From a virus (taxonomy: Duplodnaviria > Caudoviricetes), in the IMG/VR virus record IMGVR_UViG_3300027852_000047, positions 1 through 51,829 of that record: DNA of 51,829 nucleotides. One strand, given 5' to 3'. The notes beneath the pieces were generated by a model that saw nothing but the letters and a program-made list of their open reading frames with translations, was not told where the DNA came from and made no database searches. Both the position numbers and the translations under genes were made by a program. Positions 28,689 through 37,717 of this stretch are shown here, piece after piece (within the stretch, counting starts at the first letter, position 1; the number at the start of each line of letters is the position of its first letter).

Positions 28689-29569
28689 AGGATACCTCCT
28701 CCCTCCGGATCGACCTCGACATCAATAGCAGGGTCAGGGTAAAGCACTGTAGGTTCCAGCCCACGCTTGCGCCGGTATTCAGCACCACGACACAGGTACT
28801 TGAACGGGCAATAGCCACACTCGCTGGAGCTGTAGATGTTACCGGGCATGGGTGGTTCACCACTACGTACTCTCTCTGCGATGAACGAACAACGCTGGAG
28901 TACCTTGTCCCAGATAACCGGATCAAAGGCGTACTCGTAGCCACCGTGTGTGACTTGGTCGTCCTTATTGCGGACGCCCATGTAGCAGTTGGACCTATCC
29001 ACAAACACAATGTAGCTGTAGTTCAGGTTCAGCATCTTCATCATGGCTGTGGTCTGGTACAAGAATCCCGGGTGGAACTCGTCAATGATCTTACGTACGC
29101 CAGCTTGCCCCTTGGATGCATGGGCCCAGTTGAGCTTCATGTATTTGTGGTAGCCCAGTGACTTGATCTCAAGGTACGCAGTGGTGTCAATGGCTGGCAA
29201 ATGAATGCGCCCATCTCCACGTCCGGACAGCGAGATCTTGGTGCCTTCGTACTCGTAGTCGTAACCGTAACACTTGTCCAGTTCCTCTACCGTACCCTTG
29301 TCGTCATCGAACTTGAGTCCGGACAGCTGGGCACCGTGGTCCCTCAAGCTGAAGCGCACCACGTCGTGGGCTAAGTCACCAAACACAGCGTAGTCTTCGG
29401 AGTGACCGTATCTGGGCGTGGGCGTGTAGCCGGACAGCCTATACCAGATGCGTCTGGCGCAGTCAGACAACTCACTGCAACGAAAGCGCATAGGAGGCTT
29501 CCGGTACTTGCGCGCCTTGACCCGCCCCACCTCGTCACGGTCTTGATATACTTGTGCCATGGGATCCAA
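28685..29569 (-). CDS. Cas4-like PD-(D/E)XK exonuclease
   Basis: SELSDCAR, GRGDG, LEIKS, YQ, ECGYCPFKYLC (four-Cys Fe-S pattern). Confidence 0.82.
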   Translation of the reverse strand: MDPMAQVYQDRDEVGRVKARKYRKPPMRFRCSELSDCARRIWYRLSGYTPTPRYGHSEDYAVFGDLAHDVVRFSLRDHGAQLSGLKFDDDKGTVEELDKCYGYDYEYEGTKISLSGRGDGRIHLPAIDTTAYLEIKSLGYHKYMKLNWAHASKGQAGVRKIIDEFHPGFLYQTTAMMKMLNLNYSYIVFVDRSNCYMGVRNKDDQVTHGGYEYAFDPVIWDKVLQRCSFIAERVRSGEPPMPGNIYSSSECGYCPFKYLCRGAEYRRKRGLEPTVLYPDPAIDVEVDPEGGGIL

Positions 29570-29759
29570 TAATCTTCTCCTCTATTTCTGCCAACAAGTT
29601 TCCAAGCACACGCATGCCGTATTCAGCGGATTCCAACGTAGCCCGGGCCTTGTCCAAGTGCGCCTCTGCGTCAGAAATCATGCTGTCCACAGTAACCGTT
29701 ATAGTGTGTGGGCAATTGATGTCCCCTGCTACGTGTTGTCCACAGGCGCACCTAGCCAT
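29535..29759 (-). CDS. Hypothetical protein
   Basis: CACG..H...CPH followed by a coiled coil; operon packing. Confidence 0.5.
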   Translation of the reverse strand: MARCACGQHVAGDINCPHTITVTVDSMISDAEAHLDKARATLESAEYGMRVLGNLLAEIEEKIIGSHGTSISRP

Positions 29760-29941
29760 CCTGTCTCCTTCATATAGTTAAAAATGGCCTCGCGCACATC
29801 GCGCACGGCCCCATGTCGGCCAGACTCATGCAGCCGCCAACCTCTGGAGTACGTTGACTCGCGCATGATAGCGGTGCCAGCGTACTCAGCGTCGTCAGTG
29901 AGGGCCTGCAAGAAGTCCAGTAGTTCCTTGTCAGTAGGCAT
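29729..29941 (-). CDS. Hypothetical phage protein
   Basis: TDKELLDFL...VREAI motif; AAGGA RBS before ATG 29941. Confidence 0.65.
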   Translation of the reverse strand: MPTDKELLDFLQALTDDAEYAGTAIMRESTYSRGWRLHESGRHGAVRDVREAIFNYMKETGWLGAPVDNT

Positions 29942-29952
29942 ATGTATTCCTT

Positions 29953-30027
29953 TGGTGGCCCCCGGCAGGATTCTATACCTGCAATACATCCTTGAAAGGG
30001 ACATGTGTTCTATTACACTACGGGGGC
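29953..30027 (-). tRNA. Atypical or pseudo tRNA-Glu (anticodon TTC)
   Basis: GCCCCCG/CGGGGGC acceptor stem, GTGT/ACAC D stem, CT-TTC-AA loop, GCAGG/CCTGC T stem, 3' ACCA; D and T loops non-canonical. Confidence 0.65.
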
Positions 30028-30035
30028 ACCTTATG

Positions 30036-30752
30036 TTAGTCAGCCAGCAGCGCGTCCACATCCAGCTCGTCACCGAACGTAATGCGCAGCAAGTCACGCT
30101 GGCCCGCCTCGTCCAGCACATTCAGCCGGACTTCCTTGGTCGGGTCCACGATCTTCTCATCCCAGTCAGGGAAGATGTCATCCAGCTTGGCCTTCTTGCC
30201 ATTCAAGCTGGGTGTGTAGCGAGTCTTGAGGCCAGACCCCTCACGCATGATGACCAAGTCCTGCCCGTTGTCGGGGTCAGTGAAAAAGTCATCGTTGGTT
30301 TCCTGAGCCTGAGCCAGCAGCCCCACCACAGTGTTAGCCGTCTTGCGCGACAGGCCGATCAGCTTGGGGCCGAAGTACGAGTCTTCCGTACGGTCGTACA
30401 CCAGACCCTGCACATACCAGCGGGTGCTAGCGTTGAGCTTCTTGGCCATGGCAGCAGCGGTCTTGTCGCCAGTGTCGCCCAACGTGTAGAGGGCCTTGGT
30501 GACACGACACAGCAGGCAATCTTCCTCGCCGTCCCCGTGTTCTTTGAGGCAAGCCACCGCACAGCCACGATTCTCCGCGTCCTTGAGATTGAAGTGGTTG
30601 GTCACTGCCGTGAAGATGTTGCCACTCTCGTCCGTAGGCGGGAGCACCCTTATGCGAGTCGAGGTGTCTGGCTTGAGGTCGAAGAAGATGGAGTCACGCT
30701 CCGTGGACTTCTTGGCGGCAGCGATGTTGAGCTTGAAAACTTTCTTGGCCAT
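30036..30752 (-). CDS. T4 gp32-like ssDNA-binding protein
   Basis: IRVLPP, H..C..CLLC Zn ligands, DP.NG.D...REGSGLKTRY, acidic tail. Confidence 0.8.
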   Translation of the reverse strand: MAKKVFKLNIAAAKKSTERDSIFFDLKPDTSTRIRVLPPTDESGNIFTAVTNHFNLKDAENRGCAVACLKEHGDGEEDCLLCRVTKALYTLGDTGDKTAAAMAKKLNASTRWYVQGLVYDRTEDSYFGPKLIGLSRKTANTVVGLLAQAQETNDDFFTDPDNGQDLVIMREGSGLKTRYTPSLNGKKAKLDDIFPDWDEKIVDPTKEVRLNVLDEAGQRDLLRITFGDELDVDALLAD

Positions 30753-30792
30753 GGGTTCTCCTTGGCTTGAAGTGTGTGTCTTTCCCTACTTA

Positions 30793-30821
30793 AGTATACC
30801 ACGGTTACGTGGAGGGGTCAA
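30793..30821 (-). promoter_or_regulatory. sigma70-type promoter for SSB
   Basis: TTGACC-17 bp-TATACT with extended TG. Confidence 0.75.
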
Positions 30822-30996
30822 CCTTATTCTCATCCAATTTGTGGTCGCCGCACCAATCACTTTCAAATACAGCTGGCCATCCGTCCAATGTAGGCGCGTG
30901 CTTGCGGCAACGGCCCAGCGGAGCAATCTTCGGAATGTTGTACATACACGTCCTGCATTGCATGCCCTTTGTCCTGTGCATCCAGTTGTCTGCCAT
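30805..30996 (-). CDS. Small Cys-rich protein
   Basis: CRTC..GRCRKHAP..WP....DWCG motif. Confidence 0.7.
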   Translation of the reverse strand: MADNWMHRTKGMQCRTCMYNIPKIAPLGRCRKHAPTLDGWPAVFESDWCGDHKLDENKVDPST

Positions 30997-30997
30997 G

Positions 30998-32710
30998 TTA
31001 ATCACAATCCCTTCTACCTGTCTCAGTGTCAATGCGGCAAGACGCCGCTTCCTCGTCCGCACTGGTCAACAAAGCAGCACGCTTGCCGTCCTTGTTGTAT
31101 ACCGTCAGCCCCTTGATCCCATTGTGCCATGCATCCATGAACATCTGCTGGAAGTCCTCCCACGCACAGCTGGAGTCCAGATTGAGTGTCTTGGACACGG
31201 CACTATCGGCCCAGTAGGCTGCATTGGTGAGTACTGCCATGTGCTCAGCTATCGACACATCTTGGGTGCGCTTGCCCTCCACGCCCAGATACTTATGCCC
31301 ATAGTCCTCAAGCACATGGGCAGTGACCTCACCATCTCCAGCGTAGGCCCTGTTCATCTTGTACGCAAACACAGGCTCGATGCCAGACGACACATTGTCA
31401 GCACACAACGAAATGGATCCGGTGGGAGCCACAGAAATCAGGTGGCTGTTGCGTATGCCGTGATGCACCATAGCTGTACGTAGTTCTTGAGTGAGAGCAC
31501 GTTGAACGTACTCGCTCTGCACGTAGTCTATACGGAAGAACGGGAAAGACCCCTTCTCCTTGGCCAAGTCGATGCTGGCCTTGTACGATTCATGCACCAG
31601 CAGCGTGAAGATGGCGTCCTGCACCGACACGAACGCACTAGACCCATAGCTGTGCCCCATTGCCTCGATGGCATTGGCCAACCCAGTCACACCCAGCCCA
31701 ATGCGCCGCTTGTTCTTGGTTTCCTTCTCTTGTTCATACAACGGGTACACCGCACGGTCAATGATGTTGTCCATGCCCCTCACCACTGGAGGTATGTCTG
31801 CCGCCAGCCTAGCGAAGTCAAAGGTGTACGTGTCGCTGGGAGACTTCCGGAGGTACTTGACAAGATTGAAGGAGCCCAGCAAACACGACCCATGGGGCGG
31901 GAGCGGCTGCTCTCCGCACGGGTTGGTAGCTGTGATGGTTTCACAGTATTTCAGGTTGTTGGTGCTGTTGATGGTATCTATGAACAAGACTCCCGGTTCC
32001 GCCCAGTCCCACGCAGAACGCAGAAGGGTTTCCCATAGGTTACGTGCTCGTATGGTGCTGTACACGCGGCCCCCGAACCGCAAGTTGAAGTCGGTATCTT
32101 GCTCCACTGCGACCATGAATTCATCTGTAACAGCCACTGAAATGTTGAACCCGTTGAGTTCAGTTTCGTTGCGTTTTGCATGAATGAACTCCTCGATGTC
32201 CGGGTGGTCGATGCGCATCACACCCATCTGGGCCCCTCGCCTGTGACCAGACGACGCAACGCACTTACATACAGCGTCAAAGATCTGCATGAAGGTGACT
32301 GGCCCAGAGCTACTACTGTTGAGCTTGTGAATAGTAGCACCACGTGGGCGCAGGGTACTGAAGTCGTACCCAATGCCGCCACCCATACGCATGGTGGTAG
32401 CTGCTTCGGCAGCACGGTCCATGATACTGCCGTGGCCTTCGGTGAAGCTATCTTCAATGGTCCCAGACACATAGCAGTTGTACGGTGTGACATTGCGGCT
32501 GGAGCCCATGGCCGCTTGGACACGCCCTCCGGGCAGGAACCTCATGTCTTTGAGTATGCTGCGCAACGTGTGGTAGTGCGCGTCGTCGTCTGACAGGGCA
32601 GCAGCCACCCGGTTCATTGCGTCCCTGAATGACTCGCCCTTGGAGCGATACTTGTCTGCGTGTAGAGCTATAGAGAATGGTTCGCGCGGTCCGATGTGTT
32701 CGTCTGTCAT
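30998..32710 (-). CDS. nrdJ: Class II (B12-dependent) ribonucleotide reductase
   Basis: FLPGGR, NC, GGGIG.DFS.LRP, RRGA.M, TNPCGEQ, APTG, C-terminal Cys pair; no beta-subunit gene seen. Confidence 0.88.
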   Translation of the reverse strand: MTDEHIGPREPFSIALHADKYRSKGESFRDAMNRVAAALSDDDAHYHTLRSILKDMRFLPGGRVQAAMGSSRNVTPYNCYVSGTIEDSFTEGHGSIMDRAAEAATTMRMGGGIGYDFSTLRPRGATIHKLNSSSSGPVTFMQIFDAVCKCVASSGHRRGAQMGVMRIDHPDIEEFIHAKRNETELNGFNISVAVTDEFMVAVEQDTDFNLRFGGRVYSTIRARNLWETLLRSAWDWAEPGVLFIDTINSTNNLKYCETITATNPCGEQPLPPHGSCLLGSFNLVKYLRKSPSDTYTFDFARLAADIPPVVRGMDNIIDRAVYPLYEQEKETKNKRRIGLGVTGLANAIEAMGHSYGSSAFVSVQDAIFTLLVHESYKASIDLAKEKGSFPFFRIDYVQSEYVQRALTQELRTAMVHHGIRNSHLISVAPTGSISLCADNVSSGIEPVFAYKMNRAYAGDGEVTAHVLEDYGHKYLGVEGKRTQDVSIAEHMAVLTNAAYWADSAVSKTLNLDSSCAWEDFQQMFMDAWHNGIKGLTVYNKDGKRAALLTSADEEAASCRIDTETGRRDCD

Positions 32711-32892
32711 TAATACAAATCCTTATCACTATACACAGTGAACATTACCAGATGACTGTAGGGATAGCAGATCCAATCGTCGTCTACGGTGACGAACCTC
32801 ACCCACTTAGACTCCTCCTTAATGTGAGAAATGTCGTCGTAACAAAACTCTTCCACCGAACCATCTTGCTCCCAGCTAACCACTACTTTCAC
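32710..32892 (-). CDS. Small beta-rich hypothetical protein
   Basis: Coupled overlaps with neighbouring genes. Confidence 0.6.
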   Translation of the reverse strand: MKVVVSWEQDGSVEEFCYDDISHIKEESKWVRFVTVDDDWICYPYSHLVMFTVYSDKDLY

Positions 32893-33080
32893 GGTTTCTC
32901 CTTGACTACATACGGGGCACTCCTACGTAAGGTTCTAACATTACGTATTGGCAGCACGTACTGTCGTTCGTCAACGAGGTCTAAGACCATGCAATTGCTG
33001 ACGTTAACAATATCGCATACCCCAGCTAACTGAATCTCGTCTCCATTCGCAAACCAAACCCTAACATCGCACACTTCCAT
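32889..33080 (-). CDS. Small beta-rich hypothetical protein
   Basis: TAATG overlap with the polymerase stop; pattern similar to 32710-32892. Confidence 0.6.
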   Translation of the reverse strand: MEVCDVRVWFANGDEIQLAGVCDIVNVSNCMVLDLVDERQYVLPIRNVRTLRRSAPYVVKEKP

Positions 33081-35431
33081 TACACATCCACCTTCTTCTT
33101 CGATCCCCACGACTCGCCTATCTCTACGTCACAGCCCATACCAATGGGCAACTCCACGCCCCAACGCTCAGTGTCGGGGTTCGTCATACAATGGTGCGCC
33201 AGCTTGGCTACTTCATCCTCTTCCCCGTGGTACAGGTCCACTACGATGGAGTCATGTACCTGAAGTACGAGCTTGCTTTTGTAGTTGCCTTCTTCCAACG
33301 CACGTGCAAATTTGATCATAGCACAACACGTAATCCACGCCGCAGTGTTCTGCACCAGCATGTTCCAAGCCTGCCGGTGGATGCGCCAGCCGTCGTAGCA
33401 GTTCCAGTATGCGGGCCTAGTGAAGCGCCTGCGGTACCCGAACGGTGACTGGATCTCCAGCGCAGTCTCCACCCGCACATGCACCCGGTCAATGTAGGTC
33501 TTGAGCTGGGGGAACGCTTGGTAGTACTGGACAATGAGTTCTTTGGCTGCGCCCTTGGATATCTCCAGCTGCTGGGAGAGCGTGTTCGCCCCGCCGCCGT
33601 ATAGAATTAAGAACGTCAGCTTCTTGCATCTTTGTCGCTCGTCGTCTACAATGTCGCTTGGGTCTTTGCGCAACATGGTTGCGGCCATGGCTGTATGCAA
33701 GTCCTCGCCAGATTCGATAGCTGCCTTCATTGCCTTATCGCCGGACAACATAGCAGCCACACGGATCTCAGCCTGCGCCATGTCGGCTTCCATGATGGAG
33801 CCGCCCTTGAATCTTGACACAAACTGGGACTTAATGTTGAGCGCCGGGTCGTCGCCCTCTTCACCGTGTGGCACGTTCTGACCGTTGGGATTGGAGGATG
33901 ACAGTCGATTGGTGCCTACCCTATCAGTATGGTAGCCGGGAAAGATGTAGTTCAGCCCGTCTCTCGACACCAAATACTTGTCACGAACCGACTTAACGAA
34001 CGTACCGTGTAGCTTGGCCTGCTTGCGGTACAGTAATACATCCTTGATGACTGGGTGCTTGTGCGCCTCACGTTGCAACACCCACTTCTTGGTAGTGAAG
34101 TCATCATCCGGCTTGTCACCAGCGTTGGGCCGATTGTTGTCGGACAGCTGGCGCACCAACTCACCCTTGGTCAGGTTGATATTGGGCACCACCTCAATGA
34201 GTGCCTTGGCTACCTGAGCTGGGCTGTTGAGGTTGATGGGCCCCAGCACAGCACAGATCTTCTCACGCAGTGCAGTCAGCCGTACGTCAAAATTAGCGTC
34301 TAGTTCCTCATTGATGGGAAGGGAGATGCAAGCTCCGTTGTGCTCCATCTCTGCGAGGACTGCGTATAGCTCCATGGAGAGCTTGAACGGCTTCCGAAGT
34401 CCTTGCTCATCCAGTAGTCGTCGTTGGGACTTGGCTGCACAGACGCTTGCCTCGCCGTCACCGCCACAATACTCGTACTGCTCATCGTCTCCAACAAACT
34501 CCCAGCCACCGCGTTCCGCAACGAGTTGACGGTGTGCTCTGGAATAGTCTCCAAGCCAATCAGCATACAGGAACGTGAGGGACTTGAGGTCTTTGAGCGG
34601 GTTGCGTTCGTCAAGGATGTGTTCTGCCGTAGAGGTATCGTGCATGCATACCATTCTGGTGCCAAATCGACGCAACCAACGATAGTCGAATTTGATATTC
34701 GAGCCTGCTTTTGTGACACTGGGGTCCACGATAATGTCAGTGAGCCATCCCGGGAACGAAGAATCTGGGCGTGCTTGTACAATAGTAGCTTTGTGGGCTC
34801 TATCCGTGATAACACACATGCGTATTCGGGCATCCGGATGCCACGGGTCAAGGCCCGGGTACGTTTCCAGATCCAAGCCAACAATAGAAGCACCAACCAA
34901 GTAATCAGGAATACTATCCCAAACTGGAGTGCCGGGTGTAAGGACATCATAGTCTCCCCACTTGGTTTCCACTGCACCATGCACAGCCGCTAGCAAGTCC
35001 CGCAGGTGCCACTTGTATAGGCCCGTCTGGGAGGCAGCGTGCTCCAGTGAGTGAGTGTAATGGACAGGGCAATCCACATCTGGCGCAGTATGCGCTTGGC
35101 GTAGCCCCTCCTTCAGCAACCCAGCCTTGCCTGAGCCTTGTATAGCTGATATAGCCGTAGGTCCAAAGCACAGTACGAAGTCCGGGTCGATGTCGCGGAT
35201 GTTGGCCAGCAGCTCTGGCCTATGAGCACGCAACACACGAATGCCGGGCTTCTTACGCGCCCCTTGGAACTTGGGGTCTTCAGTGGCGAACAGGTAGTAC
35301 ACCTCCACGCCTGAAGACTCTTCCAACCAGTCAATGTGCTTGGCATTAGTAAGGCACAACGGTTCCCCACCGCGCTTACCAATGCCATAGTCCACGTTGC
35401 CCAGCAGGAAGACTACCTTTTTAATTCGCAT
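33080..35431 (-). CDS. polA: Family A DNA polymerase with 3'-5' exonuclease and degenerate UDG-like N-terminal domain
   Basis: Exo DLET / NIKFD / YCGGD; T.RLSSSNPN.QN, ADMAQAEIR, RQRCKKLTFLILYG, QVHDS. Confidence 0.93.
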   Translation of the reverse strand: MRIKKVVFLLGNVDYGIGKRGGEPLCLTNAKHIDWLEESSGVEVYYLFATEDPKFQGARKKPGIRVLRAHRPELLANIRDIDPDFVLCFGPTAISAIQGSGKAGLLKEGLRQAHTAPDVDCPVHYTHSLEHAASQTGLYKWHLRDLLAAVHGAVETKWGDYDVLTPGTPVWDSIPDYLVGASIVGLDLETYPGLDPWHPDARIRMCVITDRAHKATIVQARPDSSFPGWLTDIIVDPSVTKAGSNIKFDYRWLRRFGTRMVCMHDTSTAEHILDERNPLKDLKSLTFLYADWLGDYSRAHRQLVAERGGWEFVGDDEQYEYCGGDGEASVCAAKSQRRLLDEQGLRKPFKLSMELYAVLAEMEHNGACISLPINEELDANFDVRLTALREKICAVLGPINLNSPAQVAKALIEVVPNINLTKGELVRQLSDNNRPNAGDKPDDDFTTKKWVLQREAHKHPVIKDVLLYRKQAKLHGTFVKSVRDKYLVSRDGLNYIFPGYHTDRVGTNRLSSSNPNGQNVPHGEEGDDPALNIKSQFVSRFKGGSIMEADMAQAEIRVAAMLSGDKAMKAAIESGEDLHTAMAATMLRKDPSDIVDDERQRCKKLTFLILYGGGANTLSQQLEISKGAAKELIVQYYQAFPQLKTYIDRVHVRVETALEIQSPFGYRRRFTRPAYWNCYDGWRIHRQAWNMLVQNTAAWITCCAMIKFARALEEGNYKSKLVLQVHDSIVVDLYHGEEDEVAKLAHHCMTNPDTERWGVELPIGMGCDVEIGESWGSKKKVDV

Positions 35432-35708
35432 AGGAACGGGCGTGTGTTACTGCTTTCAAGAGCAACTGCGCAACGACTTCCATGTAGTCGGGATTGCGAA
35501 ATGATAGATCCTCCAAATCCGTACCGTCAATAGCTACCATGCCATTGTTGCTCACTACAGTACGAATACGGTCGAACCAACCGTGCTGGCTGCTGAAAGT
35601 AGCTTTAGGGCTCCTGCGTTTGATCACTGTGTGGCCCTTGGCCTCAAGGGCATGAATAGCCTCAGCCTCGTCCACTTCTACACCATTGAGTTCGATCTTG
35701 GTTACCAT
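35421..35708 (-). CDS. Paralogue family, satellite cluster member (KIELNGVEVD)
   Basis: N-terminus shared with the two adjacent ORFs; AGGAGG RBS. Confidence 0.8.
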   Translation of the reverse strand: MVTKIELNGVEVDEAEAIHALEAKGHTVIKRRSPKATFSSQHGWFDRIRTVVSNNGMVAIDGTDLEDLSFRNPDYMEVVAQLLLKAVTHARSYAN

Positions 35709-35722
35709 TGGTTACCTCCTGT

Positions 35723-36004
35723 TTACTGATGCTTCGCAGCGTAGTCAATGGCGTGGCCAAGGGCAGTATGCGCAGCTCGCGCGTACTCCAAGCACCAGCC
35801 ATCCCCACCGTCTGCGGCAATGTCCTTATGGTAAATGTTAGCCCTATCCCCGTTTTTAGGAGATATGCTCACAGTAAAATTCTTGTACGTCCGGCCGCGC
35901 CGTATGGGAAAGGATTTGTCACACCCTGCGTCATGCTTGGCCACAGCAGCGCGCGCCTTTTCCACATCCACTTCCACACCGTCTAGTTTGATCTTGTTTG
36001 GCAT
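35723..36004 (-). CDS. Paralogue family, satellite cluster member (KIKLDGVEVD)
   Basis: Shared N-terminus; GGAGG RBS. Confidence 0.8.
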   Translation of the reverse strand: MPNKIKLDGVEVDVEKARAAVAKHDAGCDKSFPIRRGRTYKNFTVSISPKNGDRANIYHKDIAADGGDGWCLEYARAAHTALGHAIDYAAKHQ

Positions 36005-36288
36005 TAATTATCCTCCGCCCAGTCGCACGCTTTTACCAGTGCGGCTGCAACCTTACGCACGTAATCAACATCCATATGGGCGTTCAATTCGTGGAACTGG
36101 TGCGGAACTTTTGTGAATCTCACGGAACCATGGCCCCTATTGGAGCCTTCCACCCTGAAACTGTCAAACGGGGTGCTAAACACTTTAGCAATGTCTGGGT
36201 CTTGCACCTCATAGCCGAGTTTTCGCAGTGCAGCAGCAGCAGCAGCAGCGTCCGCTTCGACACCATTGAGTTCGATCTTGTCTGCCAT
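36004..36288 (-). CDS. Paralogue family, satellite cluster member (KIELNGVEAD)
   Basis: Shared N-terminus; AAGGAG RBS before ATG 36288. Confidence 0.8.
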   Translation of the reverse strand: MADKIELNGVEADAAAAAAALRKLGYEVQDPDIAKVFSTPFDSFRVEGSNRGHGSVRFTKVPHQFHELNAHMDVDYVRKVAAALVKACDWAEDN

Positions 36289-36337
36289 TTGTCTCTCCTT
36301 TAGTAAATGTAATCGTGACATAAACATCCAGTCATAG

Positions 36338-36916
36338 TCAGCGCGGGTCATATTGGTATCGCCTCAGATCCTCCATCGCACCGAACCTATCCAACCCATC
36401 CTTAGCGCCAAGCACTGCCATGGAATCCACTTGGTCCAGCACGTTGGCGTACTTCTCCACCACATGGTAGTAACCACGTGGCTTGTAATCGTGTACTAGT
36501 ATAGCACACTCATCGTCAAATGTCAACAGGCACGCCAGCACACAGGCCACACGAAAGCGCCCGTCCACCAACACCAAGTCAGCATCGTCCATGGCCCCAG
36601 CCAGTGGGTACAGAGGATAAGCTGGCCACAGGTGCTTGTGGGTGTCCCCAGCTGGGAAGCCCCACTCCTTGGTGGGCCCGAAGCATGGGAAGAACGGAAT
36701 GATACGCCCAGCGGCCATGCCTTCAGCTACGAATTTGTCCGCAGCTACGTTGGCACGGAACCACGCGTAGTCAGATTCCACTGTTACCATTGTAGGTACG
36801 CCCAGCAAAGCGGCCTGAAGGGTACTTTCTCCGGACCCGTACTCAAGGTAACACTCACAATCATCCAATCTCCACTCCAGCTCCGCAACTTCAGCTTCAG
36901 TCATTGTCGGCTGCAT
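36338..36916 (-). CDS. Class I SAM-dependent methyltransferase
   Basis: YLEYGSGEST, VTVESD, DLVLVDGRFR, ILVHDY; probable ATG 36916. Confidence 0.75.
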   Translation of the reverse strand: MQPTMTEAEVAELEWRLDDCECYLEYGSGESTLQAALLGVPTMVTVESDYAWFRANVAADKFVAEGMAAGRIIPFFPCFGPTKEWGFPAGDTHKHLWPAYPLYPLAGAMDDADLVLVDGRFRVACVLACLLTFDDECAILVHDYKPRGYYHVVEKYANVLDQVDSMAVLGAKDGLDRFGAMEDLRRYQYDPR

Positions 36917-37106
36917 ACCTATCCACCTTCTGCTGCAACAGCAGCTCTTGGAAGTACGTCCTGAAGATGCACCTCTTGCAAGTGACGGCATCCAGCACAT
37001 CTGTGTACTGGAAGTTGAAGCCGCGCACAGGGTGACACAGCGGGACACTGGGGTTGTTCGGATCTCGCCAGTGTATGGCTGGGATGCGGTCCAGTGATGA
37101 TGCCAT
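36897..37106 (-). CDS. Small Zn-finger-like protein
   Basis: IH...C...TDV..VTCKRC, as in the N-terminus of 37710-38192. Confidence 0.6.
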   Translation of the reverse strand: MASSLDRIPAIHWRDPNNPSVPLCHPVRGFNFQYTDVLDAVTCKRCIFRTYFQELLLQQKVDRYAADND

Positions 37107-37107
37107 G

Positions 37108-37257
37108 TTACTCCTCATGTTCCATACGTACGCGGTCTAACCTGTCCTGTGCCTCTTTGTAACATGTATCACAATAAGGGCCATCCCCAAGATCGGTGTA
37201 ACAATCCTCATCTTGATCCACGTCAAGTTCCTTGTGACACACTGTACATACAAGCAT
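37108..37257 (-). CDS. 49-aa Zn-ribbon protein
   Basis: MLVCTVC...YCDTCY; read manually; fills the gap. Confidence 0.55.
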   Translation of the reverse strand: MLVCTVCHKELDVDQDEDCYTDLGDGPYCDTCYKEAQDRLDRVRMEHEE

Positions 37258-37266
37258 ACTGTACCC

Positions 37267-37374
37267 CTACGCTGGAGACAGCGGACCGGGTGGCCCGCCA
37301 TCCCCACTGTTGTATACGGCTATGCCTATGCCAAGCATGACAAGCGCAAGCAGCAGCAACGCCAACTCAGCCAT
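37267..37374 (-). CDS. 35-aa membrane peptide
   Basis: MAELALLLLALVMLGIGIAVY; GGAG RBS. Confidence 0.5.
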   Translation of the reverse strand: MAELALLLLALVMLGIGIAVYNSGDGGPPGPLSPA

Positions 37375-37375
37375 G

Positions 37376-37717
37376 TTACAGCTCCACCACGGTCGGCTTA
37401 CCGGGGGCACCGGGGGGACCAAGTAAGAGAAACGAGTCGGACGCTTCGCTGAACGGCCCCTGCCTTTCACTAGCGTCCACGCCTGCAACCCGTATCTGAT
37501 GTGAGTCGCCCACCGTAGCCATCAAGGTGAAGGTGGCCAGCTCTGAGATACCTACGCTCACGAACGGCCCGCCATTCACAGAGTGCTGGATGACGTAGTG
37601 CGCCACGTCAGCACCGGAAGTAGGGGCAGCCCAGATGTAGGTGATGGGCTCAGTGTCCTGCCCAAACGCAGCCGTAGCCGCCAGCAGTACCAGCCCAATG
37701 ATGATAACTCTACGCAT
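37376..37717 (-). CDS. Secreted fibronectin type III domain protein
   Basis: Sec signal MRRVIIIGLVLLAATAAFG; FN3 pattern W.AP..G..V.HY, IRVAGVD..QGPFS. Confidence 0.75.
   Translation of the reverse strand: MRRVIIIGLVLLAATAAFGQDTEPITYIWAAPTSGADVAHYVIQHSVNGGPFVSVGISELATFTLMATVGDSHQIRVAGVDASERQGPFSEASDSFLLLGPPGAPGKPTVVEL

Noticed and set aside
28685-29569. Cas4-like gene as part of a CRISPR-Cas system
   Set aside because: No other cas genes or array; solo Cas4-like nucleases are usual in phage replication modules.
33080-35431. Modified-base (Z or dU) genome suggested by the unusual polymerase motif B
   Set aside because: No PurZ, thymidylate-synthase-like or other base-modification genes were recognised.
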